Shown here: in pieces, positions 12,530 through 24,994 of the stretch
Layout: each line of letters begins with the position of its first letter
How positions within the stretch are numbered: position 1 is the stretch's first letter
Assembly: GCF_018350175.1 (NCBI RefSeq)
Contig: NC_058368.1
Coordinates: 196,914,001 to 196,978,000 of the forward strand
Reading direction: 5' to 3'
Length of the DNA: 64,000 nt
Origin: Felis catus
Lineage: Eukaryota
The notes under the pieces: model-generated
The model's database searches: none
Seen by the model: only the letters and a program-made list of their open reading frames with translations
What the model was told of the DNA's origin: nothing
Position numbers and translations under genes: made by a program

Positions 12530-13165
12530 CCATTAGTTCCCAAACTTTGCTGCACATTGGAGTTACATGGAGAGCTTTAAAAAAAAAAAATTGACACTTG
12601 GCTCCTAACCTTACATATTTTGTTTTATTTCTTTATTTTTATTTTTATTTTTATTTTATTTTATTTTTTTTTCAACGTTTATTTATTTTTGGGACAGAGA
12701 GAGACAGAGCATGAACGGGGGAGGGGCAGAGAGAGAGGGAGACACAGAATCGGAAACAGGCTCCAGGCTCTGAGCCATCAGCCCAGAGCCCGACGCGGGG
12801 CTCGAACTCACGGACCGCGAGATCGTGACCTGGCTGAAGTCGGACGCTTAACCGACTGCGCCACCCAGGCGCCCCTATTTCTTTATTTTTAAATTTTTTT
12901 TAAGTTTATTTATTTTGAGAGAGAGAGAATCCCAAGCGGGCTGTATACTACCAGTGCAGAGCCTAATGCGGGGCTCACACTCTTGAACTGTGAAATCATG
13001 ACCTGAGCTGAAATCTTAAAAGTCCGATGCTTAGTGGACTGAGCCACCCAGGCACCACTTACATGTTTTGATTTATTGGGTTTGGGGGTATGCCTTAAGC
13101 ATCAAGAGTTATAAAAGCTCCCCAGGTGATTCTGATGTGCAACAGAGTTTTTGGAACCATTTTAC
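12530..13165. mobile_element. MER5-like hAT-Charlie relic interrupted by an older Can-SINE that carries a young Can-SINE (both SINEs minus strand)
   Basis: MER5-like ends gttcccaaactttgctgcacattgga and ctccccaggtgattctgatgtgca...gaaccat; young SINE 12642-12875; older SINE to ~13056; two TSD pairs. Confidence 0.85.
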
Positions 13166-14473
13166 TGCACCATATTTCAAGGTTATAGTGCTTCCCTGCT
13201 CACAACCCACCAAGTCCCATCTTTCTAGAACTACAATTTGATAAGACTTATTTACCTCCTCCTGTGAATTGGGTTAATTCAGGAAATCCTATACTAAGAA
13301 ACATGGCACTGGAAAATACACTGTAATCCCATACAATCAAATGCTGTGATTTCTGAAAAGTATCTAACACCAGTATTTGAAATCATTTTTGTACTCACAT
13401 GTCTCAGATACATTCCACAAGAAAGCATTCTAGAAATTTCTGGAGGGAAAGAACCATGTCTCGCTGACTGAGGTATCGTTTACGTTTCTTAGAATAGTGT
13501 TGGGTAAAAAAGGCACTAATGATTCATAATAATGAAATTCTGCTTTTATTTTATTTATGTGCATTTCCTTTTTTAATGGAACCCTGTAGAAAGTTTGCTT
13601 CTACACATTTATAAAACTTCAGGAATACCTGATGCATGCATAGCTCCTAGTGGGAGTATTTATCATCTCTGTAGTACTTAGTATTTCTTAAGTATTCAGC
13701 TGAACTCCATAGCTGGCTGCCAATTTACAAATGGAAATGTGATTGTACTAGTTCCTTCAGCTTTGAATGGTGTGTAAAACTACTACCATGTTATTAAATG
13801 CTAATGTCCGTGAATTTCACAGTGAAGCCTTGCTGTTGTGGACATTTATCAAGTTAAGTATCTATTAACATCTCTTAGTATTTCTTAGTGGTGTTGGCCT
13901 TCTGCAATTTCTTTTGGTTCTAGATCAACATAAGGACTTTGCAACTTTTGTACTGGAGGATTTTTAAGGGGGACAAGATGGTGACAGTGGCTAAGCACAC
14001 ATCGTATAGGTCATCCATACGTTTCATTTGTTCATTTGTGCCTTCATTAAGTGTATAGTGGAGAGATGTGCAAATTAACCTGAAATTGAGGTTTACTATA
14101 TTTCACCTCACCTGGAAGCTACTCTAAGTATTTAATCTGTTGTATTTGCCTAGACTGCCAGACTATTCTGTCCTTAATGTGACTTTCACAGAAAGGAGAG
14201 TGTAAGATCTGATTATAAGCTGCTTGTTGGAAGGTAATAGCATGAAATTATTGTAAGTTTTAAGTGTCAATTTCCAGGTCTTTTAGTTGTATTAGAAGTG
14301 TCTAATACATTGTTCTTGGTAACAACTAAATTAATGAAATTCTCCTAAGCAGACTGGAGTTTATACCTTTACATAAATACCCTTCTTTTCCTTTCCTTTA
14401 CTCTGCTGTTCGTTATGTATTGAGGTCAGATTGTTTCCTTTTTGGCTGTTTGCACTTGATTACAATTATTCTT

Positions 14474-14725
14474 TTTTGTTGTTTGTATAAGAGCAAGTGG
14501 GGGGGCAGAGGGAGAGAGAGAGAGAATCTTTCTAGTTTATTTATTTTGAGAGAGAGAGTGGGGGAAAGGGGGGGTGGGGGGGAGGGGGGAGAGAATCCCA
14601 AGCAAGCTCCGCATCAGTAAGTGCAGAGCCCGATGGTGGGGCTCGAACCCACGAACCATGAGATCATGACCTGAGCCCAAATCAGGAGTCCAGCTCTTAA
14701 CTGACTCAGTCACCCAGGCACCCAG
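14474..14725 (-). mobile_element. Can-SINE with a duplicated tail segment
   Basis: TSD TTACAATTATTCTT at 14460-14473 and 14726-14739. Confidence 0.88.
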
Positions 14726-14803
14726 TTACAATTATTCTTACCAGAGAGTCCCACTTACTGAAATCCTGGTGTTCCCATTTCGAACCTCCATGATATTAAT
14801 ACT

Positions 14804-14859
14804 TTGTATCCCTCTTAAAGAACAGAGTAACGTTGTATCCCTCTTAAAGAACAGAGTAA
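14804..14859. repeat. Perfect 27-nt direct repeat (period 29)
   Basis: TTGTATCCCTCTTAAAGAACAGAGTAA at 14804-14830 and 14833-14859. Confidence 0.95.
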
Positions 14860-15334
14860 GGTTAGCTTCTACTCTTCTAATGAAAGCTCAAATGTTCAAA
14901 AGTGTCTTGGTGAACTGAATAAATTTCACAACACCTCCTACAGTATTTTCTAGAGGATAAGCAAGAATTTCTTTCAGTCAAGAAACATATGAGTACCTAC
15001 TATGTGCCAGGCATAGTTTAAAATACTGGGCACATTTCAGTTAGAGACAAATTTTGTGAGACTTCCATTCTTTTTGAGCATATGCCATGCATTTGGCATA
15101 TAGTTGTGAATTTGTCTCTCTTGCTGAAAATTAAGAGGAAATGTATAAATCTCAGTGTGGATATGTTTCCTTAACATCAAGGGATGGTATCTTGAGTATT
15201 AGCCCACAATAGTACCTTGAACCATACATAATTATTACTTACAGAGCTTGTTAAAGATGCCTGCAGTTTCAGATACATAGTAGGTGCTTAATAAGTATTG
15301 AATCAGACATTGGAGGAACAGATTTGGGGGGAAA

Positions 15335-15670
15335 ACTTTTTTTTTTAAAGATTTTAAGTAATTTCTACACCCAGTGTGGGGACCTGAACCCACAGCCTGG
15401 AGATCAAGAGTCTCATGCTCTACTGGCTGAGCCAGCCAGATACCCCTGGAGAAAGAACCTTTAAGGAGGTAATTTACATACATAAACCACCTATTTCAAG
15501 TGTACAGTCGATTGGTTTTTAGTGTATGTACAGAGTTGTGCAACCATCACCATAACCTGATTTTAGAATATTTTCATCATCCCCAAAAGAAACTTGAACC
15601 CATTAACTAACAATCACTGGCCATATCCTGTCAGCCCTAGACAACCACTGATCCACTTTGTTTCTACTTA
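15335..15670 (-). mobile_element. Short Can-SINE (~15335-15446) and L1MA/MB 3' fragment (~15465-15670)
   Basis: SINE head ...ggctgagccagccagatacccc; L1M motif gagttgtgcaaccatcacc...ttttagaatattttcatcatccccaaaagaaac. Confidence 0.8.
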
Positions 15671-15829
15671 GAATGCTCTTTTAAAAATTCGATAAAGCCT
15701 TTATAATTGGTATTATGAAAGCTGTAGGTATATTGTCCACTTCTCCACATGCTGTCTTCCAGTAAAATACTACCGATATTAGAGCAGTGACAGTAAGGAC
15801 TGACAGAAATCAGATCATTTGTGATCTTT

Positions 15830-16045
15830 TTTTTTCTTTAAGTTCATTTATTTATTTAGAGTGAGAGAGAGAGTGAGCAAGTATGAATAGGGGAGGGGCA
15901 GAGAGAGAGGGAGAGAAAGAATCCCAAGCAGGCTCTGCCAGCCTAGAACCCAGCGTGGGGCTTCAACCCATGAACCCATGAGATCATGACCTGAGCCAAA
16001 ACCAAGAGTCAGATATCCAACCAACTGAGCCACCCAGGCCACCCC
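15830..16045 (-). mobile_element. Can-SINE
   Basis: TSD CATTTGTGATCTTT at 15816-15829 and 16046-16059. Confidence 0.92.
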
Positions 16046-16829
16046 CATTTGTGATCTTTGAAATATAATTCTGGGTAGTATAGTGAGAATGATAACTATT
16101 TTGCTGGGAATCGAGAAAAAAAATGAGAGTGAGATGGCAGATGGAAACTAGGTTTTCAACAAGTTAACTGGTAAGCAAGAAAAAAGGTGACCTTGTTTCA
16201 CTGTGTCCCAACCATGCTGGCTACTTCCAGTTTGTTGTGAATACCAGCCTAACTCCCATCCATCTCTTTACCTGGCCATCAGCCATTTTACACTTCAGGG
16301 ATCAACCATGCTTGTCGGAAAATGCTTGTCAGAAAAGATAGATTGGGTTGCCATAATTGGGGCCCTCTCAGCACTAGGCTCTCCATCAAATGTGTTATTT
16401 ATTTATTTGCATACACTGCTGTAAGCTATGAAAGCAGGAATTATATTTGGTTTTGTCTTGTTAGATACCGTAAATACTGCTTGTATCAGTAAATGGTACC
16501 TTTAGTACTGGGTAATGAATGATATGTACCAAAGCACATTTTTTGGTTTTGTGTTTTTATAATTTTTTGGGTTAAGGAACATTTATGCATCTTTGAAGGC
16601 AAAGGGCAGGGAACAAGGAGACTGAGAAATACGAAAATTTTATAGCATTAATTCAAGGATCTTGGGGATGATATTGTCTGCAAGGGATTAGTAGTAGCAG
16701 TTAGAAGGGTTAGGATGGAGAACAAAAGTGTCTTAGTTGACAGTAGTATTGCTGAGCACAACATACATTTCATGCCCAACTTTTCAGATCTTACTCTGCG
16801 GTGTCTTTACCTTAAAAATTGGGTTTTGA

Positions 16830-16990
16830 GGAAGAGGGGGATAGGTGAAACAAGTGATGGGAATTAAAGAGTACACTTACGATGAGCATTGACAGTGTAT
16901 AGAATTGTTGAATCACTGTATTGTACACCTCAACCAACTAAAACACTGCATGTTAACTATACGAGAATTAAAATAAAAAACCTAATAAAA
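16830..16990 (+). mobile_element. L1 (carnivore L1_Carn-like) 3' end
   Basis: ggaattaaagagtacactt...gatgagca...gttgaatcactgtattgtacacct...aaaataaaaaa; typical L1 3' terminus with A tail. Confidence 0.75.
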
Positions 16991-17123
16991 TTTAAAAGAA
17001 CCCAAAATGGTTTTGAAACAGGGATTCTTAATCTGGTACAGATATTCCTCATTCTACCCTCTCAAGTGGTAGCTAGGGGAAACAATGACATCTTTATTCT
17101 CCTGAACTTCTAACCGAATCTAG

Positions 17124-17633
17124 TAAGATGGTCCCAGACTTCAGATCGTTTGACTGACTTACGATTTTTAGACTTTACGGTAGTGTGAGAGTGATACGCA
17201 TTCAGTAGAAACCATACTTTGAATTTTTGAGTTTTGATCTTTCCCCAAGCTCGCAGTATGTGGTATGACACTCCCGGGAGGTTGCTGGGCAGCAGCAATG
17301 AGGTAGCTCCAAGTCAGCTAGGTGCTCATGAGGATAAACACCTGGTACATTTACAACTGTTTATACTCCTGCAACCGTTCTGTTTCCTCTTTCCATACAG
17401 TACTTAACAAATTACATGAGCTGTTGAAAACTTTATTGTAAAATAGGTTTTGTGTTAGAGGATTTTGCCCAGCTGTAGGCTAAACTTAAGCATTCTAAGT
17501 ACGTTTAAGGTAGGCTAGGCTAAGTTATGGTATTTGGTATATTATGTGTGTTAGGTGTATTTTTGACGTAGGATATTTTCAACTTGTGATGGGTTTATCA
17601 GGACCTAACCCCATGGTAAATTGGGGAAGATCT
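17124..17633 (-). mobile_element. TcMar-Tigger DNA transposon relic (MER47/Tigger5-like)
   Basis: Recognised internal motifs (tttaaggtaggctaggctaag, gatgggtttatcaggac...aacccc) and degenerate terminal inverted repeats. Subfamily assigned from memory. Confidence 0.7.
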
Positions 17634-19176
17634 ATTTCTATTATAAATGTAGGCAAGAAATCTCCACTATCTTTAGCAGTGCCTTACGGCTTTATCACCG
17701 TATTTCCATAACACATTATTGTTGCAGAAATCTCAGAATATTGTTTACAGTCATTGCTGCTTCAGAATTATAGTATTAATTAGATTTGCCCGTATATCAT
17801 TATTTAATGCATTAATAGAGATACATTACTGTGTCAGATTTAAGTACTTTCATTGTAGTGAAATTTCCCCGTAATTTTCCTTTTTAATGCTGTGTATTTT
17901 CTGCATTTAAAATATTCTGAGGAGTCCATAGACTGTCAGACGAGCAAAGGTGGGAGCTCCGCAGCACCAAAAAGTTTTAAAAATTTTGGTATAGAACGAG
18001 TTGTTCCACCTCCATTCTCCAACTTTTTTGATCAAGTTCTTTGTCATTGTGGCTGAATAACATTTAATGCAAGGTTGGTCATTCATTTGGTAGATTTCCA
18101 GTATTTCCTTTTTTTCCCCCCAATATTTATTTTCTTTTCCCTTTTTAGCCTTGTTTAATTCCCAGTTAGTTCCATGTTTATTAATGCCCTCCCCAGGCTT
18201 GTGAGACTGTAAAGGTGGGAAAATCAGCCAGTTAAAAAAGGTTGAACAGTTCTAAGAAAGAATTGAAAGATTGAATTAATATCTAAAATTTCTTGAGATC
18301 ATCATATTATCAGTTACTACTTTGACTGCCATCCGTACAGCTAAAACTTTAGTTACTTCATGTCTAAGTAAGTTGCCAGTATGGAGAAATCCATCTAATC
18401 TGTGTGTGTGTTTGTAGTTCTGTGTATTCCGGGTGTTTTCTTTCTTAAACCTGATTCTTCAGTTTCCTACAGTAGCCAAATGGAATTGAGTGTCTTTTCT
18501 CTAGTGAAAATGCCCTGGATCTCAAACCATTTTAGAGGTATTTCTGCAAGTTATAAATCCAAAGGATTATGGATAAAAATTACATGTTGCTAGCCTTTTA
18601 AAATCTGGATTGCATTTTAAATGTGAAATTGCAAGAGAAGGAATAGATGGATGCTCTTACATTTTTGGTGGCAGGTTGTTAAATTCTAGGTGTCTTGTAT
18701 TAAAAATAAAATAAAGGCTACAAATCTACAGAGCATTTATGGCCAGGGAAGCTTAAGGAGAATGAGAATTATACAGCAATCTTGTTTATTGAGAATTAAT
18801 AGAAAACCAAGAGGTAACCCGTATTTAGTTCTGTGTCTAGTTCTGTTTCAGAAAGGGCTGAAGAGTTACCATGAATGAGAATGTAGTCGAACCTGTCTTG
18901 CATTATTGGTTCTGTTTTCGTGATGAATGCCATTAATAAGATGGGGCTTAATAAGTACTGACAGTTTTAGGTTAGAAGTTACAGCATCTGACTCAAGTTC
19001 ACAGATGCCTGCAGCTTCCAGAAGTAATCAAATGAACACACTACCAGAAGGATTTGAGACTCTTGTATTTAAATGGAGAATAGCGGGGTTGTGTTGTGGT
19101 TGAGAGTGCCCCTCTGTTAGAGTCTGGTAATTTAGGGTTGTGGGGAGGGGAATCAGAAAGATTGTACTAGACCAGA

Positions 19177-19270
19177 TCCATCCATCCATCCATCCATCCA
19201 TCCTTCCTTCCTTCTTTCCTTTCCTTTCCTTTCCTTTCCTTTCCTTTCCTTTCCTTTCCTTTTCTTTCTT

Positions 19271-19325
<55 letters not shown>
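19177..19325. repeat. Compound microsatellite (TCCA)n(CCTT)n(TTTCC)n(TTTC)n(TC)n
   Basis: Directly visible; abuts the tail of a minus-strand SINE. Confidence 0.95.
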
Positions 19326-19326
<1 letters not shown>

Positions 19327-19495
19327 AACTTTTTTAATGTTTGTTTATTTTCGAGAGAGAGAGTATGAGCAGGGAAGGGGCAGAGAGAGAGGGAAACACA
19401 GAACCCGATGCGGGGCTGGAACCCATGAACCGTGAAATATGACCTGAGCCAAAGTCGGATGCTTAACCAACTGAGCAAGCACCCAGGTATACCAT
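19326..19495 (-). mobile_element. Can-SINE (internally deleted)
   Basis: T tail, (GA)n, ...gacctgagccaaagtcggatgcttaacc... Confidence 0.85.
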
Positions 19496-19764
19496 CCGTA
19501 GATTAGATCTTACTTTGTACCCTCAAAAAAAGGAACATAAAGATTGGATGATGGTAAGTTGGCAAGAAAATAAGTTTGATAGACCATATCTTGAGACTGG
19601 AGATGCTATCTTACAGCAATGATTCGACACATACTTTTTAGTGTTCAGTAAAGACTTTGAGACCTTGAGATTATTAACCTGAAGATGGGAAGGTAAAAGG
19701 CACAGGAACAGACCTGTACCAGTTAAGAATATCACCTTTAAATATCTATTTATATGTATATATA

Positions 19765-20425
19765 TTTTTTTTAATTTTTATTTTTTTTATTTTTTATTTT
19801 TTAATTTTTTTTCAACGTTTATTCATTTTTGGGACAGAGAGAGACAGAGCATGAACGGGGGAGGGGCAGAGAGAGAGGGAGACACAGAATCGGAAACAGG
19901 CTCCAGGCTCTGAGCCATCAGCCCAGAGCCTGACGCGGGGCTCGAACTCACAGACCGCGAGATCGTGACCTGGCTGAAGTCGGACGCTTAACTGACTGCG
20001 CCACCCAGGCGCCCTTAATTTTTATTTTTTAAGCTTATTTATTTTGAGAGAGAGAGGGATAGAGAGCGAGAGCTGGAGAGAAGGGGAGATGCAGGTTTCA
20101 ACATTCTTAGTGTGGAGCCCGCCGTGGGGCTTGAACTCCTGAACCATGAGATCATGACCTGGGTCGAAACCAAGAGTCGGAAACTTAACTGAGCCACACC
20201 AGGGCCCCTATTTATTTTGGGGGTGGGGGGGTGGGGAGAGAGAACATGTGCACAAGAGACCCGCCTCCAAGTGGGGGAAGAAGAGGGGCGAAGAAAGCCT
20301 GAGAGCGAGAATTCCAAGCAGGCTCCACGCTCAGCTGAAATGGGGCTAGAACTCCCAAACTGAGTTCATGACCTGAGCTGGAATCAAGAGTTGGACGCTT
20401 AACTGACTGAGCCACCCAGGCGCCC
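19765..20425 (-). mobile_element. Cluster of three head-to-tail Can-SINEs, the first a young copy (~19787-20014)
   Basis: Three reverse-complement heads ending near 20014, 20208 and 20425. Confidence 0.9.
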
Positions 20426-20709
20426 TGAATGTAACTTTTAAACTTTTGTAATTACTTGGTTAATTTGAATCAAAGATGAATAGAGTCTTCCTGATGATTT
20501 TATACTTGCAGTACAGAGTGTTTTTGTATTCCTTGTTTTGTTTTCCTCATCTGCCACATCAAGCACTCCTTAGCCTGTTAGAGCCTGTAATATGGCTTTT
20601 CATTCTTTAGTTCAGCAAATGTTACTGAGCATTCCCTGCGGGCAAGGCATTGTGCTGGATACTGGGAATGTAGAGTTCTGAACAGGACAAATACAGTGGC
20701 TGCCCATGT

Positions 20710-21158
20710 TGTATTCGTCTGGATTCTCCAGAAAAGAGAACCACTGGATTATATATAGATATACAGAAATATTTATTATGAGGCATTGGCTCACACCTGT
20801 GGAAGCAAAGAAGTACCATAGTTTGCGGTGTGCAAGCTGGGAGGCCCAGGAAAACCAGCGGTGTAGTTTGGTCCCAAGCTTAAAGGCCCAAGAACCAGAG
20901 GCATGGACATCCAAGGGTAGAGGTCCCAGCTCTGACAGAGTGAATTTTCCCTTCCTCTGCCTTAGTTTTATTCCCTTTTTTATTCAAGCCTTCCACTTTA
21001 GGAAAGGTGATCTCTACTTATTCTATTATTCAAATGCTAATCTTGATTCAGATGCTAATCTCTGGAGACACTCTCACAGACACCCCAAAATAATGTTTTA
21101 CCAGCTATCCCAGCATCCCTTAGTCCAGTCAATTTGATGCATAAGATTAACCATCACA
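20710..21158 (-). mobile_element. MLT2-type (ERVL) solo LTR
   Basis: Begins tgtatt.. and ends ..ttaaccatcaca (TG...CA termini; reverse complement tgtgatggttaa is the MLT2 start); internal attggctcacac...tgcaagctgg...gcccaggaaa motifs. Confidence 0.85.
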
Positions 21159-21338
21159 CCAATCAAACTAATAGTCTAAAGGGGAAGACCTACATGAAAC
21201 AAGTTTTCTGTTATTAACTACCCTAGGTGTAGAGATAGAACGTATTTGGTTGCTTTAAGCTGAACTGAATACTTATGGTAGTTATACTGATTCATAGTTC
21301 TTGGAAGTCCTTAGGTATTGTAGCAATACCTATTTCAT

Positions 21339-21525
21339 GGGGCGCCTGGGTGGCTCAGTTGGTTAAAGCGTCAGACTCTTGACTTTGGCTCAGGTAATGA
21401 TCTCATGGTTCGAGTGGGTTTGAGCCCCATGTCAGGTTCCATGCTGACAGTGCAGAGCCTGCTTAGGATTGTCTTTCTCTCTCTCTCTGTCTGTCTCTCT
21501 GTCTCTCTCCCTCTCTCCCTCTCTT

Positions 21526-21565
<40 letters not shown>

Positions 21566-21580
21566 AATAAACTTAACAAA
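21339..21580 (+). mobile_element. Can-SINE with expanded (CT)n
   Basis: ggggcgcctgggtggctcagttggttaa head; long CT tract; AATAAA tail. Confidence 0.92.
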
Positions 21581-22544
21581 AATGTTCATCATTTTATTTT
21601 CTAAGGGTTTTTTTTATTTTCATAAAGAGATTTCTCAGAGAAAAGAAAACCCTAGCTTCAACCCTCCAACTATAACACTTCTAACTGGTCACCATGTCCT
21701 TGTCTCTCTTCTTGCCCATGCCTAGGATGCCCTTTTCTACCTTCCCTATCAAAATATTATCCCTTTGTCAGGATCTAACTGGTAACAGACTATTTCACAA
21801 GGTTTCTCTGGAAGGATTTAATTCTTATTGATCTTTTGGTTTTCTGAATTATTTAGGCATTTTTTTTTTTTTTTTGGTCAGCCTCAGTGACTTGTGCATG
21901 TATTTTCTTACATTTCTGCTTTTTATTGTCTTAATTTTTTAACTAGGTTTAGTTTAGATATTGGTTTTGGAGGAAGGGACATGAGAGCAAAGAGGTGGAC
22001 TTTGCCTTCTCTAAGCATCTTCTTCAGACCTTAAGGTAGATTTTTTTTTTTGTACTCTAAATGGTTATATACCTTCAGTCTACTTCATTGATTGTTGAGG
22101 CAACACTGAGTCTGAAGGCATTGATTTGAAACAAATGGAAAATGAGACTCCTGCACTTTTTTTTTTTTAACTTTTCATCTATTATATTGCTTGGTTTTTT
22201 TTTTTTAATGTTTTGAAACTTAGTAAGAATAAGGTCCAAATCAAATCAGTTCTTTTTTTTAATCTAATAGGTATTTGAGTACCTACGTTGTTTTGTGTAC
22301 ATCACTTTATCATAGTGTACTTATTAGCAACGTATATTATACTCACATAAAAAAGGCACCAGGATATTGTATTGTCGAAGGGTTTAATTGTGGATATAAG
22401 TAGTATCCCAGTGGCTATGGGAATTCTGTGAAATAGGAGACCAGTGTGGAACAGACTACTTAAGGAAGACTTCTTTGGTATCTGGGTATTAAGATTTTGA
22501 AATTGAAAGTAGAGAGTTAGAAGCTAGTTTAGAATAGAAGTGGA

Positions 22545-22748
22545 GGGGCGCCTGGGTGGCTCAGTTGGTTAAGCGTCCCGACTTCCATTCAGGTCATGAT
22601 CTCATGGTTTGGTTCAGTTCGTGAGTTTGAGCTCAGCATCAAGCTTTGTGCTGACAGCATGGAGCCTGCTTGGATTCTTTGTCTCCCTCTCTCTGCCCCT
22701 CCCCCCCCACCTCTCTTTCTTTCAAAAATAAATAAACATTAAAAAAAG
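22545..22748 (+). mobile_element. Can-SINE
   Basis: Full-length; TSD ATAGAAGTGG on both sides. Confidence 0.92.
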
Positions 22749-23459
22749 ATAGAAGTGGGAAACATGGAGGTGACAGTAGGAACTAAGTAGCTTTTAGATA
22801 AGTAGTAGACTGTTCCGGGCTCCTAATCTGTGTGGTATCAGTTTTTATTGGAGTTAACGAAGAAATTATTCCAGTGTAGTTGTAAAATAACTTGTTCTTA
22901 AAGAATTTTCTTTTATACTGGCCAATTTTCTTTTCAAGCAGAATTAATAATCTAGAGAAGTTTAAAATTTAAATGGTAGTGCTTATTTTTAGGAAGGTAC
23001 CCTTACCAGAAATACAGGCATATAGGAACTTGAAATCATTTATTATAGTGATTCCTAGCCCTTGGAATCTCTAAAATTAAAAGTAGATATTCCTGGAGTT
23101 TTTGGAGACAAATTGTATATTTATCCACAGTAATAAAGCATTGGATAATTAAAACAGGGCTCCAATTAAAAGCAAATGTCATCTTTGTTGTAATACTGGT
23201 TATTTTCTGTAATTAAGCAAAAATGTGACTACTTTTTTAAAAAAAGAGCAAGTGATTATTGATTAAATACAACATGGTAGTAAATGGGACAGGAGTTCTA
23301 AAATAAAAGAGATCTTTGCTTTGTAAGACCAGTATAGTTTCCTTCATTTCTTCAAATAGGAAGTAGTATCAGATGAGATTAAGGAATTTGCTAAAGGTCA
23401 TAGGAATCAGTGGCAGATAGGTATAGAATTCAAATGGTTAAGTTTACCTGCAAATTCTT

Positions 23460-24080
23460 TTTTTCCCAAAGTTTTTATTAAATCTCAGTTAACATACAGT
23501 ATAATACTGGTTTCAGGAGTAGAATTTAATGATTCATCACTTACATGTAATGCCCAGTGCTCATTACAAGTGACCTCCATTAATACCCATCATCCGTTTA
23601 TCCCATCCAACCTCAGTTATCTGTAGTTAAGGGTTTCTTATGGCTTGTCTTCCCCTCCCCTCTTTGCCCCCTTCCCCCATGTTCATCTGTTTTATTTCTT
23701 AAATTCTGCATATGAATGAAATCATACTTGTCTTTCTCTGACTCATTTGCTTATTATTAGCACAGTACACTCTAACTCCGTCCACATGATTGCCAGTGGC
23801 AAGCTTTCATTCTTTTTGATGGCTGAGTAATATTCCATTGTGTGTGAGAGAGAGTGCGCATGTGTGTATATGTACATAACACACACACACATCTTCTTTA
23901 TCAGTCAGTGGACATTTGGGCTCTTTCCATAATTTGGCTATTGTTGATAATGGTGCTATAAACATTGGGGTGCAGGTGTTTCCCCCATGAATCAGTATTT
24001 TTGTGTCCTTTGGGTGAATACCTAGTTGTGCAATTGTTGGGTCATAGGGCACTTCTATTTTTAACTTTTTGAGGAACCTA
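23460..24080 (-). mobile_element. 5'-truncated L1 (ORF2 C-terminus plus 3' UTR)
   Basis: Minus ORF 23807-24052 reads PYDPTIAQLGIHPK...TCTPMFIAPLSTIAKLWKEPKCP, matching the L1 ORF2p C-terminal region; degenerate. Confidence 0.92.
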
Positions 24081-24099
24081 ACTAGAAAAGTAAAGCCAT

Positions 24100-24280
24100 C
24101 TTTTTTTTTTTTTTTAATGTTTACTTATTTTTGAGAGAGATAGCATGCACATGAAGGGGAGGGGCAGAGAGAAAAGGAGAGAGAGAAACCCAAGCAGGCT
24201 CTGCACTGCAGCCCCAATGTGGGGCTCTAACCATGAACTGCAAGATCATGACCTGAGCCATAATCAGTCACCCGGGCATC
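24100..24280 (-). mobile_element. Can-SINE
   Basis: T tail and SINE body about 110 nt upstream of exon 3. Confidence 0.85.
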
Positions 24281-24389
24281 TGGAGAAGTAAAAACTATCC
24301 TATTATTAGGGCTTAAGAATTTTGAAAATTTAGTGATATTAAATGATAATCAGCTTTTCATAAAGTCCTCTCTTTTCCCCTTTTGTTAG

Positions 24390-24516
24390 GTGGTATGGTC
24401 AGGAAAAAGACTACAATGTGCTAGTCATGGATCTTCTTGGACCCAGCCTCGAAGACCTCTTCAATTTCTGTTCAAGAAGGTTCACAATGAAAACTGTACT
24501 TATGTTAGCTGACCAG
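24390..24516 (+). CDS. CSNK1A1: CSNK1A1 coding exon 3 (127 nt)
   Basis: ttgttag|(R)[42 protein letters not shown]|gtatgt; phase matches exon 2. Confidence 0.98.
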
Positions 24517-24629
24517 GTATGTGAAATGTGGATGAAAATAAAAATTGAGAATACTACTATTTAACTGTAATGTAAATTTTCATAAACCAGAGTGTGTATA
24601 ATCCTGTGTGTCAATCTTATGTTCAGCAC

Positions 24630-24633
24630 AAAA

Positions 24634-24704
<71 letters not shown>
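24630..24704. repeat. Poly(A) plus long perfect (TA)n microsatellite
   Basis: A run of ~22 followed by ~26 uninterrupted TA units. Confidence 0.95.
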
Positions 24705-24707
<3 letters not shown>

Positions 24708-24994
24708 TTGTGCTCACTCAAGTGTACTTTTCTCTAACACAGCTTAAAGATGTTTTCCTGTGGTCATAGGATAGAAATGGATTATATTCGTTTGTTATTC
24801 ACCTGTAGAAAAGTACTTTTCAAGCTGTTACATCAGATGCAGTCTGTTTCAGTGTAGAATATAGCAGGTTTCTTTATAAGATTTTTGAAAGGGCTCAGTA
24901 TATATGGAGAGAAATATAAATATGTAGAAGTTTTGGATAAGTGAATTGGATGTTGTACATTATGTGTGGGGCCTTTAGGAAAGCTACACGTATA

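Noticed and set aside
23807..24052. ORF with a protein-like sequence
   Set aside because: Degenerate L1 ORF2 remnant, not a host gene.
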